Counted from the first letter of the stretch, positions 8,406 to 18,389 are shown. The stretch is 64,000 bases of DNA from Pirellulales bacterium (GCA_019745975.1 JAIESQ010000006.1:48433-112432); one strand, 5' to 3'. Notes: generated by a model not told the origin, from the sequence alone. Numbers and translations: made by a program.

Positions 8406-11400
8406 ATGTTGCGACGACTAATTCAGTTCTCGGTAGACCATCGTTATTTGGTCGTCCTTCTTACCGTCTTGGCCTCTTGCGTCGGCGCGCGTGATCTCTT
8501 ACGGATCCCGATCGACGCCGTGCCGGACATCACCAACAACCAAGTGCAGATAAATACTGTGTACAGCGCACTAGCGCCCGAAGAGATCGAGAAACAGATC
8601 ACATTCCCGGTTGAGACAGCGCTTGCAGGGATCCCGGGCCTCGACCATACGCGTTCCCTCTCCAGGAACGGGTTCTCTCAGGTCACGGCCGTGTTTGCAG
8701 ATGCTGTCGACATCTACTTCGCTCGACAGCAGGTCCAAGAACGATTGAGTGCAGCGAAGGAGGGCCTTCCACCGGGAGCCGAACCCCGAATGGGTCCTGT
8801 CTCGACCGGGCTCGGCGAAGTCTATATGTGGACCGTCGAGTACGAACATCCGCATGGCCACGGAGCAACTTCTGTTGACGGGACTCCTGGCTGGCAAATC
8901 GACGGCAGTTACCTGACGGCACGAGGCAAGAAGCTGAGGGGCGATGTCGAACTTGCGGCGTACCTTCGTGAAGTGCAGGACTGGCTCATTCGTCCCCAAC
9001 TGCGTTCGGTCGCCGGCGTTGCAGGGATCGATTCCATTGGAGGCTACGTCAAACATTACGTCGTTGAGGTTAGCCCATCCGCCCTGCTTGCCGTGGACCT
9101 CTCCGTGGCGGGTATCGTTGAGGCCTTGGAAGAGAGCAACCTCAGCACTGGTGCTGGCATCATTGAACACCGCGGCGAAGCATTCGTCGTTCGCGCCGCG
9201 AGTCTGCTCGTTGACGAAGAACAAATCGGCCAAGTTGTCGTCGCCGAGCGAGATGGTGTTCCGATCCGGCTTGGTCAGATCGCCAAGATCGCAATCGGCC
9301 GTGAGCAGCGGACTGGTTCCGCGAGTGGAAATGGCGAAGAAGTCGTTGTCGGGACTGCACTCATGCTGATCGGGGCTAACAGCCGCACAGTCGCCGACGC
9401 CGTGGACCAGAGGGTAGCTGAGATAAACCACACGCTGCCAAGCGACATTCGTGCCAGGCCTGTGCTCAATCGAATGAGGTTGGTTGACGCGACCATTGCC
9501 ACCGTCAAGAGGAACCTCGTCGAGGGCGCCATTCTGGTAACAGCCGTACTGTTCTTGCTGCTCGGTAACATCCGCGCGGCACTCGTTACAGCAACCGCAA
9601 TTCCACTTAGCATGCTGCTTACTGCTATCGGGATGGCACACACCAAGACGTCGGGAAACCTGATGAGCCTTGGGGCAATCGACTTCGGGCTAATCGTCGA
9701 TGGCGCGGTTATCATCGTCGAGAACAGTCTCCGGCGACTGGCTGAGCGTCAACACCAGCTTTCGCGTCGGCTCTCACTTGAGGAGCGGCTGCGCGTCGTC
9801 AGCGACGCTACGAAAGAGATGATTCAGCCATCGGTCTTTGGGCAGGCGATCATCATCACAGTCTATATCCCGATCCTTTCTCTGACTGGGACTGAGGGGA
9901 AGATGTTCCAACCCATGGCGCTGACCGTGATCTTCGCCTTAGTCGCTGCGTTTGTGCTGTCCCTGACATTTGTCCCTGCCATGGCGGCCATTGCCTTCAG
10001 CCGCGAAGTCAGGGAACACGACGTGCGCGTGGTCTCGGCCGCAAAGGGTCTCTATTGCCCACTGCTCGACCTCGCCCTACAAGCCCGTCACGTGGTAATT
10101 GCGGGGAGTGTCGTGTTGTTCGGGGCGTCACTCTGGCTCTTCACTGCACTGGGGCAGGAGTTCGTGCCATCGCTGGATGAAAAAGACCTACTAGTTAGCG
10201 CAATGAGGATTCCCGGTACCGGCATCGCTCAATCAACAGAGATGCAGCTCGAAGTAGAGCGCACGGTGTCTCAGATGCCCGAGGTGAAGTTCGTCTTCTC
10301 AAAGACGGGGACCGCAGAGATCGCTTCGGATCCGATGCCTCCCAACGTATCCGATACCTTCGTAATCCTTAAGCCCACGCACGAGTGGCCCAATCCGCAC
10401 GAGCCGAAGGCACGACTGGTTGAGCGCATGATGAAAGACCTAGCCCCGGTCCTAGGCAATAATTATGAATTCACACAGCCTATTCAAATGCGTTTCAACG
10501 ACCTGATCTCCGGTGTAAGGAGTGACGTGGCAGTAATGGTGTTCGGCGAAGACTTCGATGTGCTCTTGCCGGTTGCGGATCAAGTCGCGTCGATCTTGCG
10601 TGAGACGCCCGGTGGTTCTGACGTCAAGGTAGAACAGGTCTCCGGTCTGCCCTTCATAAGTGTCAATGTCAACCTCCTTCAGGCCGGCAAGCTTGGCCTC
10701 AGGCCTGCCGAGATCCATGCGCTGGTTGCCGCCGCTGTCCAGGGGCAGGAGGCAGGTTTCGTACTCGAAGGAGACCGGAGGTTTGGGATCCTTGTAAGGT
10801 TCCCGGAACAATTTCGTGCTGACCCTGAGTCGCTTCAACACTTGCCGATCCCTATCCCAGAATTAAAGGAAGGCATGCAGTCCGTGTTCGATGCGGGCGT
10901 GAAAGCCTATGACGCTAGCGCTTGGACGATCCCGCTCAGAGAGATTGCCAACATCGCCCTTAACGACGGCCCGAACCAAATCAGCCGACAGAACGGGAAG
11001 CGACGGATCGTGGTACAAGCGAACGTGCGTAACCGGGATCTCGGGTCTTTCGTCGCAGAGGCACAGAAGACGGTTGCTCAGCGCATAAGGCAGCCCCCTG
11101 GAGTATGGATGGAGTGGGGTGGCCAGTTCGAGAACCTCTTGAGAGCTAAAGGACGCTTGGCGGTTGTAGTCCCAGTTTGTCTGTTCCTGATCTTCGTCCT
11201 GCTCTTCTCGACATTCGATTCGGTGCGAGACGCCCTCCTTGTCTTCACTGCCGTCCCACTTGCGCTCCCCGGCGGCGTGATCGCTCTTTGGTTACGCGGG
11301 ATGCCATTCTCGATCTCAGCTGCAGTCGGGTTCATCGCTTTGTCAGGGATCGCGGTACTGAACGGACTCGTGCTCATTAGCTACATCAACAAGCTCATTG

Positions 11401-11636
11401 ACGAAAAACCTTTGCGCGAGGCCGTCACAGAGGGTGCGATAACGAGGCTCCGCCCCGTACTGATGACAGCTCTTGTGGCTTCGTTGGGATTCGTCCCGAT
11501 GGCTCTAGCGACTGGGACTGGCGCGGAAGTTCAAAGGCCGCTAGCGACTGTCGTCATCGGTGGGTTAGTCACAGCAACCGCGCTGACACTCTTCGTACTC
11601 CCTGCGCTCTGCCTGGTCGTCCGCCGCAAGGGTTAA
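8406..11636 (+). CDS. Heavy-metal efflux RND pump (CzcA/CusA family)
   Basis: 1076 aa with 12-TM RND architecture. HME signature AIDFGLIVDGAVIIVEN. Operon context with the adaptor and OMF genes. Confidence 0.95.
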   Translation: MLRRLIQFSVDHRYLVVLLTVLASCVGARDLLRIPIDAVPDITNNQVQINTVYSALAPEEIEKQITFPVETALAGIPGLDHTRSLSRNGFSQVTAVFADAVDIYFARQQVQERLSAAKEGLPPGAEPRMGPVSTGLGEVYMWTVEYEHPHGHGATSVDGTPGWQIDGSYLTARGKKLRGDVELAAYLREVQDWLIRPQLRSVAGVAGIDSIGGYVKHYVVEVSPSALLAVDLSVAGIVEALEESNLSTGAGIIEHRGEAFVVRAASLLVDEEQIGQVVVAERDGVPIRLGQIAKIAIGREQRTGSASGNGEEVVVGTALMLIGANSRTVADAVDQRVAEINHTLPSDIRARPVLNRMRLVDATIATVKRNLVEGAILVTAVLFLLLGNIRAALVTATAIPLSMLLTAIGMAHTKTSGNLMSLGAIDFGLIVDGAVIIVENSLRRLAERQHQLSRRLSLEERLRVVSDATKEMIQPSVFGQAIIITVYIPILSLTGTEGKMFQPMALTVIFALVAAFVLSLTFVPAMAAIAFSREVREHDVRVVSAAKGLYCPLLDLALQARHVVIAGSVVLFGASLWLFTALGQEFVPSLDEKDLLVSAMRIPGTGIAQSTEMQLEVERTVSQMPEVKFVFSKTGTAEIASDPMPPNVSDTFVILKPTHEWPNPHEPKARLVERMMKDLAPVLGNNYEFTQPIQMRFNDLISGVRSDVAVMVFGEDFDVLLPVADQVASILRETPGGSDVKVEQVSGLPFISVNVNLLQAGKLGLRPAEIHALVAAAVQGQEAGFVLEGDRRFGILVRFPEQFRADPESLQHLPIPIPELKEGMQSVFDAGVKAYDASAWTIPLREIANIALNDGPNQISRQNGKRRIVVQANVRNRDLGSFVAEAQKTVAQRIRQPPGVWMEWGGQFENLLRAKGRLAVVVPVCLFLIFVLLFSTFDSVRDALLVFTAVPLALPGGVIALWLRGMPFSISAAVGFIALSGIAVLNGLVLISYINKLIDEKPLREAVTEGAITRLRPVLMTALVASLGFVPMALATGTGAEVQRPLATVVIGGLVTATALTLFVLPALCLVVRRKG

Positions 11637-11717
11637 CAACAGACCTGTGGGAGTCCGAACCGGAGCGTTCTTCTCTTGGGACGGATTCGCCGGGGAGCGA
11701 TGCGACGTACTTTACGG

Positions 11718-12239
11718 CTATGCATCGATGAACACGTAGACCCCGAAGTCCGAGGATCGGACGCTGGAGTGACCGTCAAGGAAGATGTCTCGGCTGAATG
11801 CCTCGTAGTCGATGTAGAAGCGGAGATGCTCCGGCAGCTCGTGGGCATGTAGCTCATCGAATAAGTCTTGGGCATATGCCAACTCGGAGTCCCAGCGCCC
11901 GCGGTAGGCATCTAGGAACGACTCTTCTGTCGCACTGTCGTTGCCGACGTGCGCCGCGTAGGCGGCAAAGGGCTCTCCGTACTCATCAACCAGCAAAGCT
12001 AGCCTCGACACCTCGGAGAGCGGTTCGTACTCGTCGATGCGGATTTCGCCGAAGCCCTCGTAGTCGTGGATGGCCCATTCTTGCGCGATGGATTCGGGAG
12101 ACTGCTTGAGGAGTTCTTGCACTTCCTTGTGGAGTGAGTCCGCGTCCTGGGCTGCATGGATCCATTGTCCGTGGAGGGTCCCGGCGTTGTATGCCGCGAG
12201 GCAGGCGACGTAGATCATTGGCTTCAGTTTCTGATTCAT
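11718..12239 (-). CDS. ardA: Antirestriction protein ArdA
   Basis: N-terminus IYVACLAAYNAGTLHGQWIHA, then EWAIHDYEGFG, and a strongly acidic composition, all typical of the ArdA DNA-mimic family. Confidence 0.8.
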   Translation of the reverse strand: MNQKLKPMIYVACLAAYNAGTLHGQWIHAAQDADSLHKEVQELLKQSPESIAQEWAIHDYEGFGEIRIDEYEPLSEVSRLALLVDEYGEPFAAYAAHVGNDSATEESFLDAYRGRWDSELAYAQDLFDELHAHELPEHLRFYIDYEAFSRDIFLDGHSSVRSSDFGVYVFIDA

Positions 12240-12304
12240 ATCTATCCCTTCGTAAAAAGTAGTCGGTTGGTTGGGCTGGCCAGCTCGGGCCAGCCCGTTG
12301 GTTC

Positions 12305-12544
12305 TTAGGCCGCGGCGTCGGTTTGGCCGTGCTCGGCGATGTACCGGATCGCCTCTAGGGCGAGTTCGACAACCGCTTCGAGTTGTTCCCGGCTATAGCT
12401 GCCGTGCTGCCATTGACCGCTGCGGTCCTTGTAGGGCCGCTTGATCGTGGCTGAGAGCCAAGAGCCACCGTCTTTGCCGGTTTGCTCGAAGACTGCCATT
12501 TGCACGCTTCTCTTGTTGTTGGTTAGTAGTGGTTGCTTTTTCAT
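12305..12544 (-). CDS. Small conserved protein, paralog 1 of 3 (PC4/YdbC-like ssDNA-binding fold suspected)
   Basis: AAGGAG 7 nt upstream of the ATG. Shares the pattern ...R.YKD..G.W..S.S....L......A...I with ORFs 21202..21465 and 25085..25324. Confidence 0.6.
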   Translation of the reverse strand: MKKQPLLTNNKRSVQMAVFEQTGKDGGSWLSATIKRPYKDRSGQWQHGSYSREQLEAVVELALEAIRYIAEHGQTDAAA

Positions 12545-12562
12545 TTTTTTCTCCTTTTGAAA

Positions 12563-12605
12563 AAGTGGTTTGTTCTTTCACCCGGCGCTGAAGGACAAAC
12601 CACTT
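12563..12605. promoter_or_regulatory. 13-bp inverted repeat just upstream of the RBS of 12305..12544
   Basis: AAGTGGTTTGTTC (12563-12575) pairs with GGACAAACCACTT (12593-12605), 12/13 complementary plus one G-T. Confidence 0.5.
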
Positions 12606-13030
12606 TGGAAGGAGGAGGGGAGCGGCGTCGCAGCCAGAGTAGAAGTTGACCGACTGGTCGCAGGGCAAGTGACAGGCGCGGACTGGCACGGCTTTGCGTG
12701 AGGGAGGGTTCCAAGAAAGAACTGGCTGCTGCGGGCGACGAAAAAAAAGCGACTCAACGCTACCGACAGAGATGGGCGTGCGTCGGAATGGCTCTGGGAG
12801 CTGAGCCGGCGCCAGGTTCTTTGCTCCGTGCGATCGGGCAGAGACTTGGAATTGGCATCAGGGCGGAGGGCACACTCGGTCCCCCGAGAACTCGCCCCGC
12901 CGAAGATCCTGCGTTGGGGAAAAAGGAGAGAGTGGTCCAACGCGGCGGCCGGAGACTGGCTCAGTGGCCAGCCCTCAGCGACCGACACCGATCGAAGGGA
13001 TACACCAGGTCCGATTGGAGAAAGGACATA

Positions 13031-14005
13031 TCAGACGAGGATCCGCTCGATCTCGTCCAGCGTGATCTCGTCACCGGTGCGATCGTACAGCTTGGTGGTC
13101 CTGGGCGACTCGTGGGCGGCGATCGCCTGGGCATGTTCGATTGTGCCGCCGTTTTCGAGATAGGCTGTTATCCCCGTCGCTCTGAAGCTGTGGCAGCAGA
13201 TGCGCTCCGGGATGGCTGCCTGACGAGCTCGCCGCTTCACCATCCGTAGTGCGTCGTTCCTCGTCATCCCGCGCGCGGTGGTCCGGCCATGGCGGTCGAT
13301 CGTGCGGAAGAGGGGAGACTCGTTGTCGCCCGCGATGCGCGCCGCCAGGAGGTAGCCATCCAAGTACGCCTGGGCGTTGTGGTGTGCAGGGACTACGTGC
13401 TCTTTGCCACCTTTCTCGCGGAGCCGAAACCACGAGCGCTTCCCTTCCTGAAAGTAGTCCTCGACCTGCATCGACACGGCGGCGGATACGCGAGCGAAGC
13501 TATACACCATAAGACCAATCAGCGCGCGGTCGCGGAGACCGATGACCGACTCAACGTCAATCGAATCAAGAAGCTGGCGTGCCTCTCCTGCGGTGAGGAC
13601 GGGCGTCTTGCCACGCTTCACGATGTGCTTCGGACCACGGACGGAACTTGCGGGGTTGGTCTCGATGATGTGGCCGACGACTAGCCAGTCAAAGAGCATG
13701 CGGATAGCGGCCAGGTGTTGCTTCACGGTCGGGGCCGCATAGGCGGTCAAGAGATCCTCGATGTAGCCGGCCACAACGATCGGCTGTATCTCGCATAGTT
13801 GCCTCACACCTCGCGACTCGGACCAGTCGAGGAAGCTTGCGACGGCCCGTGTGTACGCCTCGCGCGTGTTCGCGTTGCGGATTTGTGCAGCGAAGAACTC
13901 GAGGAACTTCCGAGCTGCCTTCTCGCCACCGGCCCGGACCAGCGCGGGAACGACGGGCGCGCTAGCGGCGCCCGCTTGTCGTTTTCGAGCAAGCGACTTC
14001 TCCAT
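13031..14005 (-). CDS. Tyrosine recombinase / phage-type integrase
   Basis: C-terminal catalytic region HSFRATGITAYLENGG...AAHESPRTTKLYDR (R..HxxR..Y) and an N-terminal SAM-like domain. Start taken at MEKSLARK, with GGAGG upstream. Confidence 0.9.
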   Translation of the reverse strand: MEKSLARKRQAGAASAPVVPALVRAGGEKAARKFLEFFAAQIRNANTREAYTRAVASFLDWSESRGVRQLCEIQPIVVAGYIEDLLTAYAAPTVKQHLAAIRMLFDWLVVGHIIETNPASSVRGPKHIVKRGKTPVLTAGEARQLLDSIDVESVIGLRDRALIGLMVYSFARVSAAVSMQVEDYFQEGKRSWFRLREKGGKEHVVPAHHNAQAYLDGYLLAARIAGDNESPLFRTIDRHGRTTARGMTRNDALRMVKRRARQAAIPERICCHSFRATGITAYLENGGTIEHAQAIAAHESPRTTKLYDRTGDEITLDEIERILV

Positions 14006-14218
14006 CAACCTCCATTTCCGAAAACTTGGCCATGCGCACCATGCGATCACCGTGACACGGCCCTTGAAGATCTGTCAATCCGGCACATTACGTTCAGGAT
14101 GCCGCCGCACAACTATTCCGGCAGGTCACAGACGATATTCCGCGCACCGTCGCCATACTTGCCTGCATCCAAGTAGGGGCCGCTCAAATATCCGCGCGGC
14201 GTGCAAACGCCGACGCGT

Positions 14219-14971
14219 ATGAGTACGAACTGGAGGTCACCTGAAGAACTTGTCCAAGAGGGCTTCGACCGTTCGTCGGTAGTAATGGTGAATGAGGCGC
14301 ACGACGGTTGGGCTCGGTGCATCCGCACCCGAATTGTGGGACTTAACATTCTTGATGTTGCGCATTCCTACGGTGCGAGGTACTTGGCCATGGAAGCACT
14401 TACGCCAGAGGTCGCCGGCGCTGCAAACGCAGGCAAATGTTTGCCGAACACGACTGGTGGCTACGTGAACCAAGCGGATCTTAGATCTCTGATCGCGGAG
14501 GCGCTACGACTTGGATTCACGCTCATCGCGTACGATCCCGACTTCTGGACGTGGCGCGAACCATCATGTGCCTTCGAGTGCGCGAAGCAACGAGATAGGA
14601 TGCAGGCATCAAACCTTGCATCGGCCTGGCGGCAGGACGCAAAAATGCTTGTGTGGGCAGGGAACTTGCATATAGCTAAGGCTCCCCTGAAAACGCCAAA
14701 CGGGCCTTACCCGCAAATGGCTTACTGGTTCCGGAACCTGACGGAAATCGAACCGTTCTGCATCGATCAGACGGTGACGGTCGATTGGGCTCACGGCAAC
14801 GACCGCGGGTCTCAGCATGTCGCTCGGTTTCGTACCGAGCTTCACGGTTACGGAGGCACGGCGGGTTTCTTACGCGAGGAAGGTCCCGATCCATTTCAAC
14901 AAGAGATATACGCCGATGCCTTTCTGCTGTCACTCCACAATGCAATGACAGTTACCGCACCCGTCGCCTGA
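14219..14971 (+). CDS. Tiki/ChaN/erythromycin-esterase superfamily protein (putative hydrolase)
   Basis: VVMVNEAHDG...YLAMEAL and QRDRMQASNL...KMLVWAGNLHIAK match the GE.H / E / RD..MA.N / G..H signature of that superfamily. The 3' end overlaps the convergent ATP-grasp gene by 42 nt. Confidence 0.6.
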   Translation: MSTNWRSPEELVQEGFDRSSVVMVNEAHDGWARCIRTRIVGLNILDVAHSYGARYLAMEALTPEVAGAANAGKCLPNTTGGYVNQADLRSLIAEALRLGFTLIAYDPDFWTWREPSCAFECAKQRDRMQASNLASAWRQDAKMLVWAGNLHIAKAPLKTPNGPYPQMAYWFRNLTEIEPFCIDQTVTVDWAHGNDRGSQHVARFRTELHGYGGTAGFLREEGPDPFQQEIYADAFLLSLHNAMTVTAPVA

Positions 14972-16051
14972 AATCGCAGTCGGTGCCAGTCCGTTCGTAG
15001 CCAGGCGTGCCAACTCGTCAGCAATGGCCTCACTGATTTGCATGCCAGTCAATTGCTCGATCCAGCCCCATTGCCCGGCGGCATTAACTTCTAGAAACAC
15101 ATAGCGATCGTCTTCGGTGACGATCATGTCGATGCAACCAAACCTAAGGCCCAAGCGGCGCATTAGTGCGCGCAGACTCCGTTCAATCTGTGGCGGAAGC
15201 GTAAATGGCTGATGGTGCGGCGTTTCGGTTGGCACGTTGACGAACCGTCTGAAATCGACGCGTGTGCTGGGCCTCTCTTGAGAGAGGATTCTGCATGCGA
15301 AAATCGCGTCGCCGACGATTGTAATCCGGACATCGCATCGCTTTTTGATGAACTGCTGGAACATCACCGGCGCGATCTGGATGTGGTCCAATAAGGGTAG
15401 CCGATCCCTTGTTAGGAGTTGGGAAAAGAGAAAAAGAGACGGACGAGTGTCGTCTTGTGGGATCGCGGGCTGCCGAACAAGTCGTGGGCCGTAGGCCCGC
15501 ACCAGCTCATCTGCGTTACTGTTGTGTAACCAGGCTCCTCCCGAGACAGTCTTGAAAAGCACTTGCTCGTCGCATTCGTCAAAGAATTCCCGAGCATGCG
15601 TTGGATCATTGGTCACCAACGTTCTGGGAACGGCGAGGTGCAAGCTGCTTGCAACCGTGAGCTGATAAAGCTTATCGGTAGCACGATCCTCAGCCGCAGG
15701 GTCGTTCATCCACGGCGAGTGAAGGGTGCTAATCAAGCCGGTCAGGAGGGCACGACACTCAGTGTCGGCAAAGTGGCTTTCTGTCTCTGTCAGTCCCGCG
15801 GCAGAAACCGGCGGTACTGGCCTTCGGTACCACACCGCCTTGATGTATCGCGTATCAACTTCTCCGACAGCAGTCTCCAAGCTGGCCCAGACTTCCTTGC
15901 CGGCGATGTTCCACTGGATTGCTGTCGCTAGGGGAAACGCCTCGGTGTTGAGGCGGAACCACCGCAGACCTCGCCGTTCCAAGTGTGGGATTAGCTGGTT
16001 GACGTTTTGCTCGGCGAGGTTCGTAACGATCAGAACGGTCGGCGGTTTCAT
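14930..16051 (-). CDS. ATP-grasp ribosomal-peptide maturase (MvdC/MvdD-like)
   Basis: N-terminus MKPPTVLIVTNLAEQNVNQLIPHLERRGLRWFRLNTE. C-terminus GCIDMIVTEDDRYVFLEVNAAGQWGWIEQLTGMQISEAIADEL. Both are typical of graspetide ligases. Confidence 0.85.
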   Translation of the reverse strand: MKPPTVLIVTNLAEQNVNQLIPHLERRGLRWFRLNTEAFPLATAIQWNIAGKEVWASLETAVGEVDTRYIKAVWYRRPVPPVSAAGLTETESHFADTECRALLTGLISTLHSPWMNDPAAEDRATDKLYQLTVASSLHLAVPRTLVTNDPTHAREFFDECDEQVLFKTVSGGAWLHNSNADELVRAYGPRLVRQPAIPQDDTRPSLFLFSQLLTRDRLPLLDHIQIAPVMFQQFIKKRCDVRITIVGDAIFACRILSQERPSTRVDFRRFVNVPTETPHHQPFTLPPQIERSLRALMRRLGLRFGCIDMIVTEDDRYVFLEVNAAGQWGWIEQLTGMQISEAIADELARLATNGLAPTAISGDGCGNCHCIVE

Positions 16052-16362
16052 CGCAGGGAGGCTGCAGAATCGTAGCCATCACCTTTGGTGCTGCCGCCAA
16101 AGGTCGTGCATGGCGAGTCGCCAGCTCCAGTCACCTTCAAACCATCAACGAGTTCGGAAAAAACGCAGCCTGCCTGGCTCAATACGTCAACGGCCTTCTG
16201 TTCTGCGAACAGAAGAACGAACGGAGTGCTTGTTTTGGCGGTACCGGGCAAGGGTGCCGCGACCATCAGATTCTGAGCGCCACGTTGACTTGCGTTTCCC
16301 TTTCGGCGTGGAGCTCCGGGTTTTGCAGCATTCGACTTCCGGTTCAATTTCTTCTTCGACAT
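16048..16362 (-). CDS. Candidate graspetide precursor peptide (104 aa)
   Basis: GGAGG 8 nt upstream of the ATG. Its stop overlaps the ATP-grasp start (ATGA). Leader-like PFVLLFAEQ resembles the microviridin PFFARFL motif. The C-terminus is Thr/Ser/Lys/Asp-rich: CTTFGGSTKGDGYDSAASLR. Confidence 0.6.
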   Translation of the reverse strand: MSKKKLNRKSNAAKPGAPRRKGNASQRGAQNLMVAAPLPGTAKTSTPFVLLFAEQKAVDVLSQAGCVFSELVDGLKVTGAGDSPCTTFGGSTKGDGYDSAASLR

Positions 16363-16830
16363 TCTCCTGACCTCCTTCCCGGTGGTACGGCGCTCGGTGC
16401 ATTCGAAGGTAATCCGGCAGACTGTGCCAACAGCGTATCAACCCCCTCCGGCCAAAATCAAGCCGCGGCGGCGGTCATCAGGCATTCGGAAGGAAGGCAT
16501 CGCTTTCAAAAGCATGCGGGAATTGGTCGATGCTCCTCGAAGGCGGCACCTGCTTGGCGGCCGGCATAGGGGCACACTGGTCGCTCGATGACAATTCGGG
16601 AACTTACGCCCCCACGCTGCCTCATAACGTCCTTTATGCGGCGGCCCTAAGAACCCGTTATCACTTGGTGGAAACAGTTGCCGGCCTCGGTGTTTGAGCG
16701 GACGATTTTGCGAGCGGGCATGCGGCGACGAAGTTTGAAGACGAGCCGAGTAAACAGGAGAGCCAGTCGGCTGGCTCGGCCTAGCGAACTGCGTGACTAA
16801 CCTTTCGTGATTCAAGCTTTCTTTTGATCG

Positions 16831-17913
16831 ATGGATGTGGCATGCTCGCCGAGTGCTGATTGTTTTTTGAGCGAGCCTCTTATGACATCTTTTTCAAACG
16901 AACCCGTACCTCACGCTTCATGGAGCGAAGCACGCGAGAATGCTGCTCCTACGCAACGAACCTTGCGCCTAACAACGCTTATTGAAGGGTTGAAGAATCC
17001 TGACGTGTTGGCGTGCCTTCAATCGACGAGAGCACTTGTAGACATGGGCGAGAATGCAGTAGCGGCTCTGCTCGGCGTACTCACGGAGCCAAATCCGCTG
17101 GTGCGCTTTGTAGCGGCGTCCGCTATTGCAGAGATCGGGGCCGACAAAGCGCCCTTTCTTGCTGAAGCACTTAAAGTCCTAAACAGGGATGTGCGCCTAG
17201 AGACGGCATGGGGTCTTGGACTGACGGGGGCTATTGGTGCCGATGTAGTGCTTACTCTCGCTGATGCACTTAAAGACAAAAGCGTGAGTGTGCGCCTTCT
17301 GGCAGTGTGGGCACTTGGACAGAGAGGAGTGGATGCACGTCTTGCTGTTCCCGCTTTGGCCCAAGCACTCAAAGATTCTGACGAGGACGTGCGATATGAG
17401 GCAGCGGCGGCTCTTGCAGAGATCGGAGCAGATGCGCGGGATGCAGTACCGGCCCTGGTTGAAGCCTTCAAAGATTTAAGTAAGGAAGTGCGCTCCCATG
17501 TTGTGTGGGCTCTAAGGAACATCGGGCCTGATGCAGTCTCGACACTTGCCGAAGCTCTCAAGGATCCAAACGAGGAAGTGCGCCGTCACGCAGCATGGGT
17601 TCTTGTAAACATTGGGGGAGATGCTGTGCCGGCTGTTCTTGACGCGCTCAAACACCCGAGCCAACTTCTGCGCTTCCAGGCTGTGTGGGCTCTAAAAAAC
17701 ATCGGACCGGATGCCGTGCCCACACTTGCCGGAGCCCTCAAGGATGCAAGCGCGGAAGTGCGCTTCCTAGCCGCATCGGCGCTCGGAGAGATCGGCTCGG
17801 AAGCGTGGAATGCAGTACCGGCTTTGGTGGAAGCCCTTAAAGACCCCAACAATGAGGTGCGCTCCCAGGCGGCGTGGGCACTTGGAAGGATTGACCCGCG
17901 TGTGCTTATTTGA
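16831..17913 (+). CDS. HEAT-repeat (PBS-lyase type) protein, about 9 repeats
   Basis: Repeating ~31-aa unit D..VR..AAWALG.IG.DAVPAL.EALKD. Start is ambiguous (ATG 16831 or 16882). Confidence 0.85.
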   Translation: MDVACSPSADCFLSEPLMTSFSNEPVPHASWSEARENAAPTQRTLRLTTLIEGLKNPDVLACLQSTRALVDMGENAVAALLGVLTEPNPLVRFVAASAIAEIGADKAPFLAEALKVLNRDVRLETAWGLGLTGAIGADVVLTLADALKDKSVSVRLLAVWALGQRGVDARLAVPALAQALKDSDEDVRYEAAAALAEIGADARDAVPALVEAFKDLSKEVRSHVVWALRNIGPDAVSTLAEALKDPNEEVRRHAAWVLVNIGGDAVPAVLDALKHPSQLLRFQAVWALKNIGPDAVPTLAGALKDASAEVRFLAASALGEIGSEAWNAVPALVEALKDPNNEVRSQAAWALGRIDPRVLI

Positions 17914-17934
17914 AAGGTCTGGAAGGTGCTTGCG

Positions 17935-18210
17935 ATGGTCAATTTCGAAGAATGCGAAGACCTGACGGACGCAGAAATCCAGACCTTGCTTGAAGCGATC
18001 CCTCGCGACCTTTTTTTGAGAGCGATCGCAGGGTCGAACGAAGCGCTCAAGCAGCGGTTCTTTAAGAACCTTTCCGCTAAAGCGGTGCAGTGCATTGAGG
18101 GCGACCTCAAGCAGCTCAGGGCTGCTGCGGATGACGTTGAGAATGCACGACGAGAGGTCGTAGGTATCCTCCAGGGTCTGATTGACAAGGGCACGGTCGC
18201 CGCGCCGTAA
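17935..18210 (+). CDS. Stand-alone FliG C-terminal / MgtE_N-like domain protein
   Basis: LTDAEIQTLLEAIPRDLFLRAIAGSNEALKQRFFKNLSAKAVQCIEGDL...DVENARREVVGILQGL matches the FliG_C consensus layout. GGAAGG 8 nt upstream of the ATG. Confidence 0.6.
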   Translation: MVNFEECEDLTDAEIQTLLEAIPRDLFLRAIAGSNEALKQRFFKNLSAKAVQCIEGDLKQLRAAADDVENARREVVGILQGLIDKGTVAAP

Positions 18211-18389
18211 CGATGTGCGCGACGCGACCGGTCAACGGACTTGGAATCCGGAAGCCGAGTCAGGCCGGTTTGAGGAACTCTACGAAGGGAACAAACGCGA
18301 TATCTACCGGCTTCAGGCGCTCGAAGGACCGGCTATAATGCCAGTTCCATTTTTAGAGCCTGAGCGAGGCATCTCGGAGTGACCGTCTC

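Noticed and set aside
6199-9641. Minus-strand ORFs 6199..7392 and 8571..9641
   Set aside because: They are antisense to the CzcC-like and CzcA-like genes. Compositionally odd (Ser/Arg-rich) and without start-site support.
12545-14218. Search for a tRNA/tmRNA integration target or att direct repeats flanking the integrase
   Set aside because: No T-loop-like GGTTCGAATCC-type sequence or cloverleaf was seen in 12.55-13.03 kb or 14.0-14.2 kb, nor at the 33.6-34.2 kb junction. Short att repeats cannot be excluded by eye.
16950-17900. Periodic ~93-nt DNA repeats (possible CRISPR or tandem repeat array)
   Set aside because: The periodicity is the 31-aa HEAT repeat of a continuous ORF. There is no spacer/repeat structure and no cas genes.
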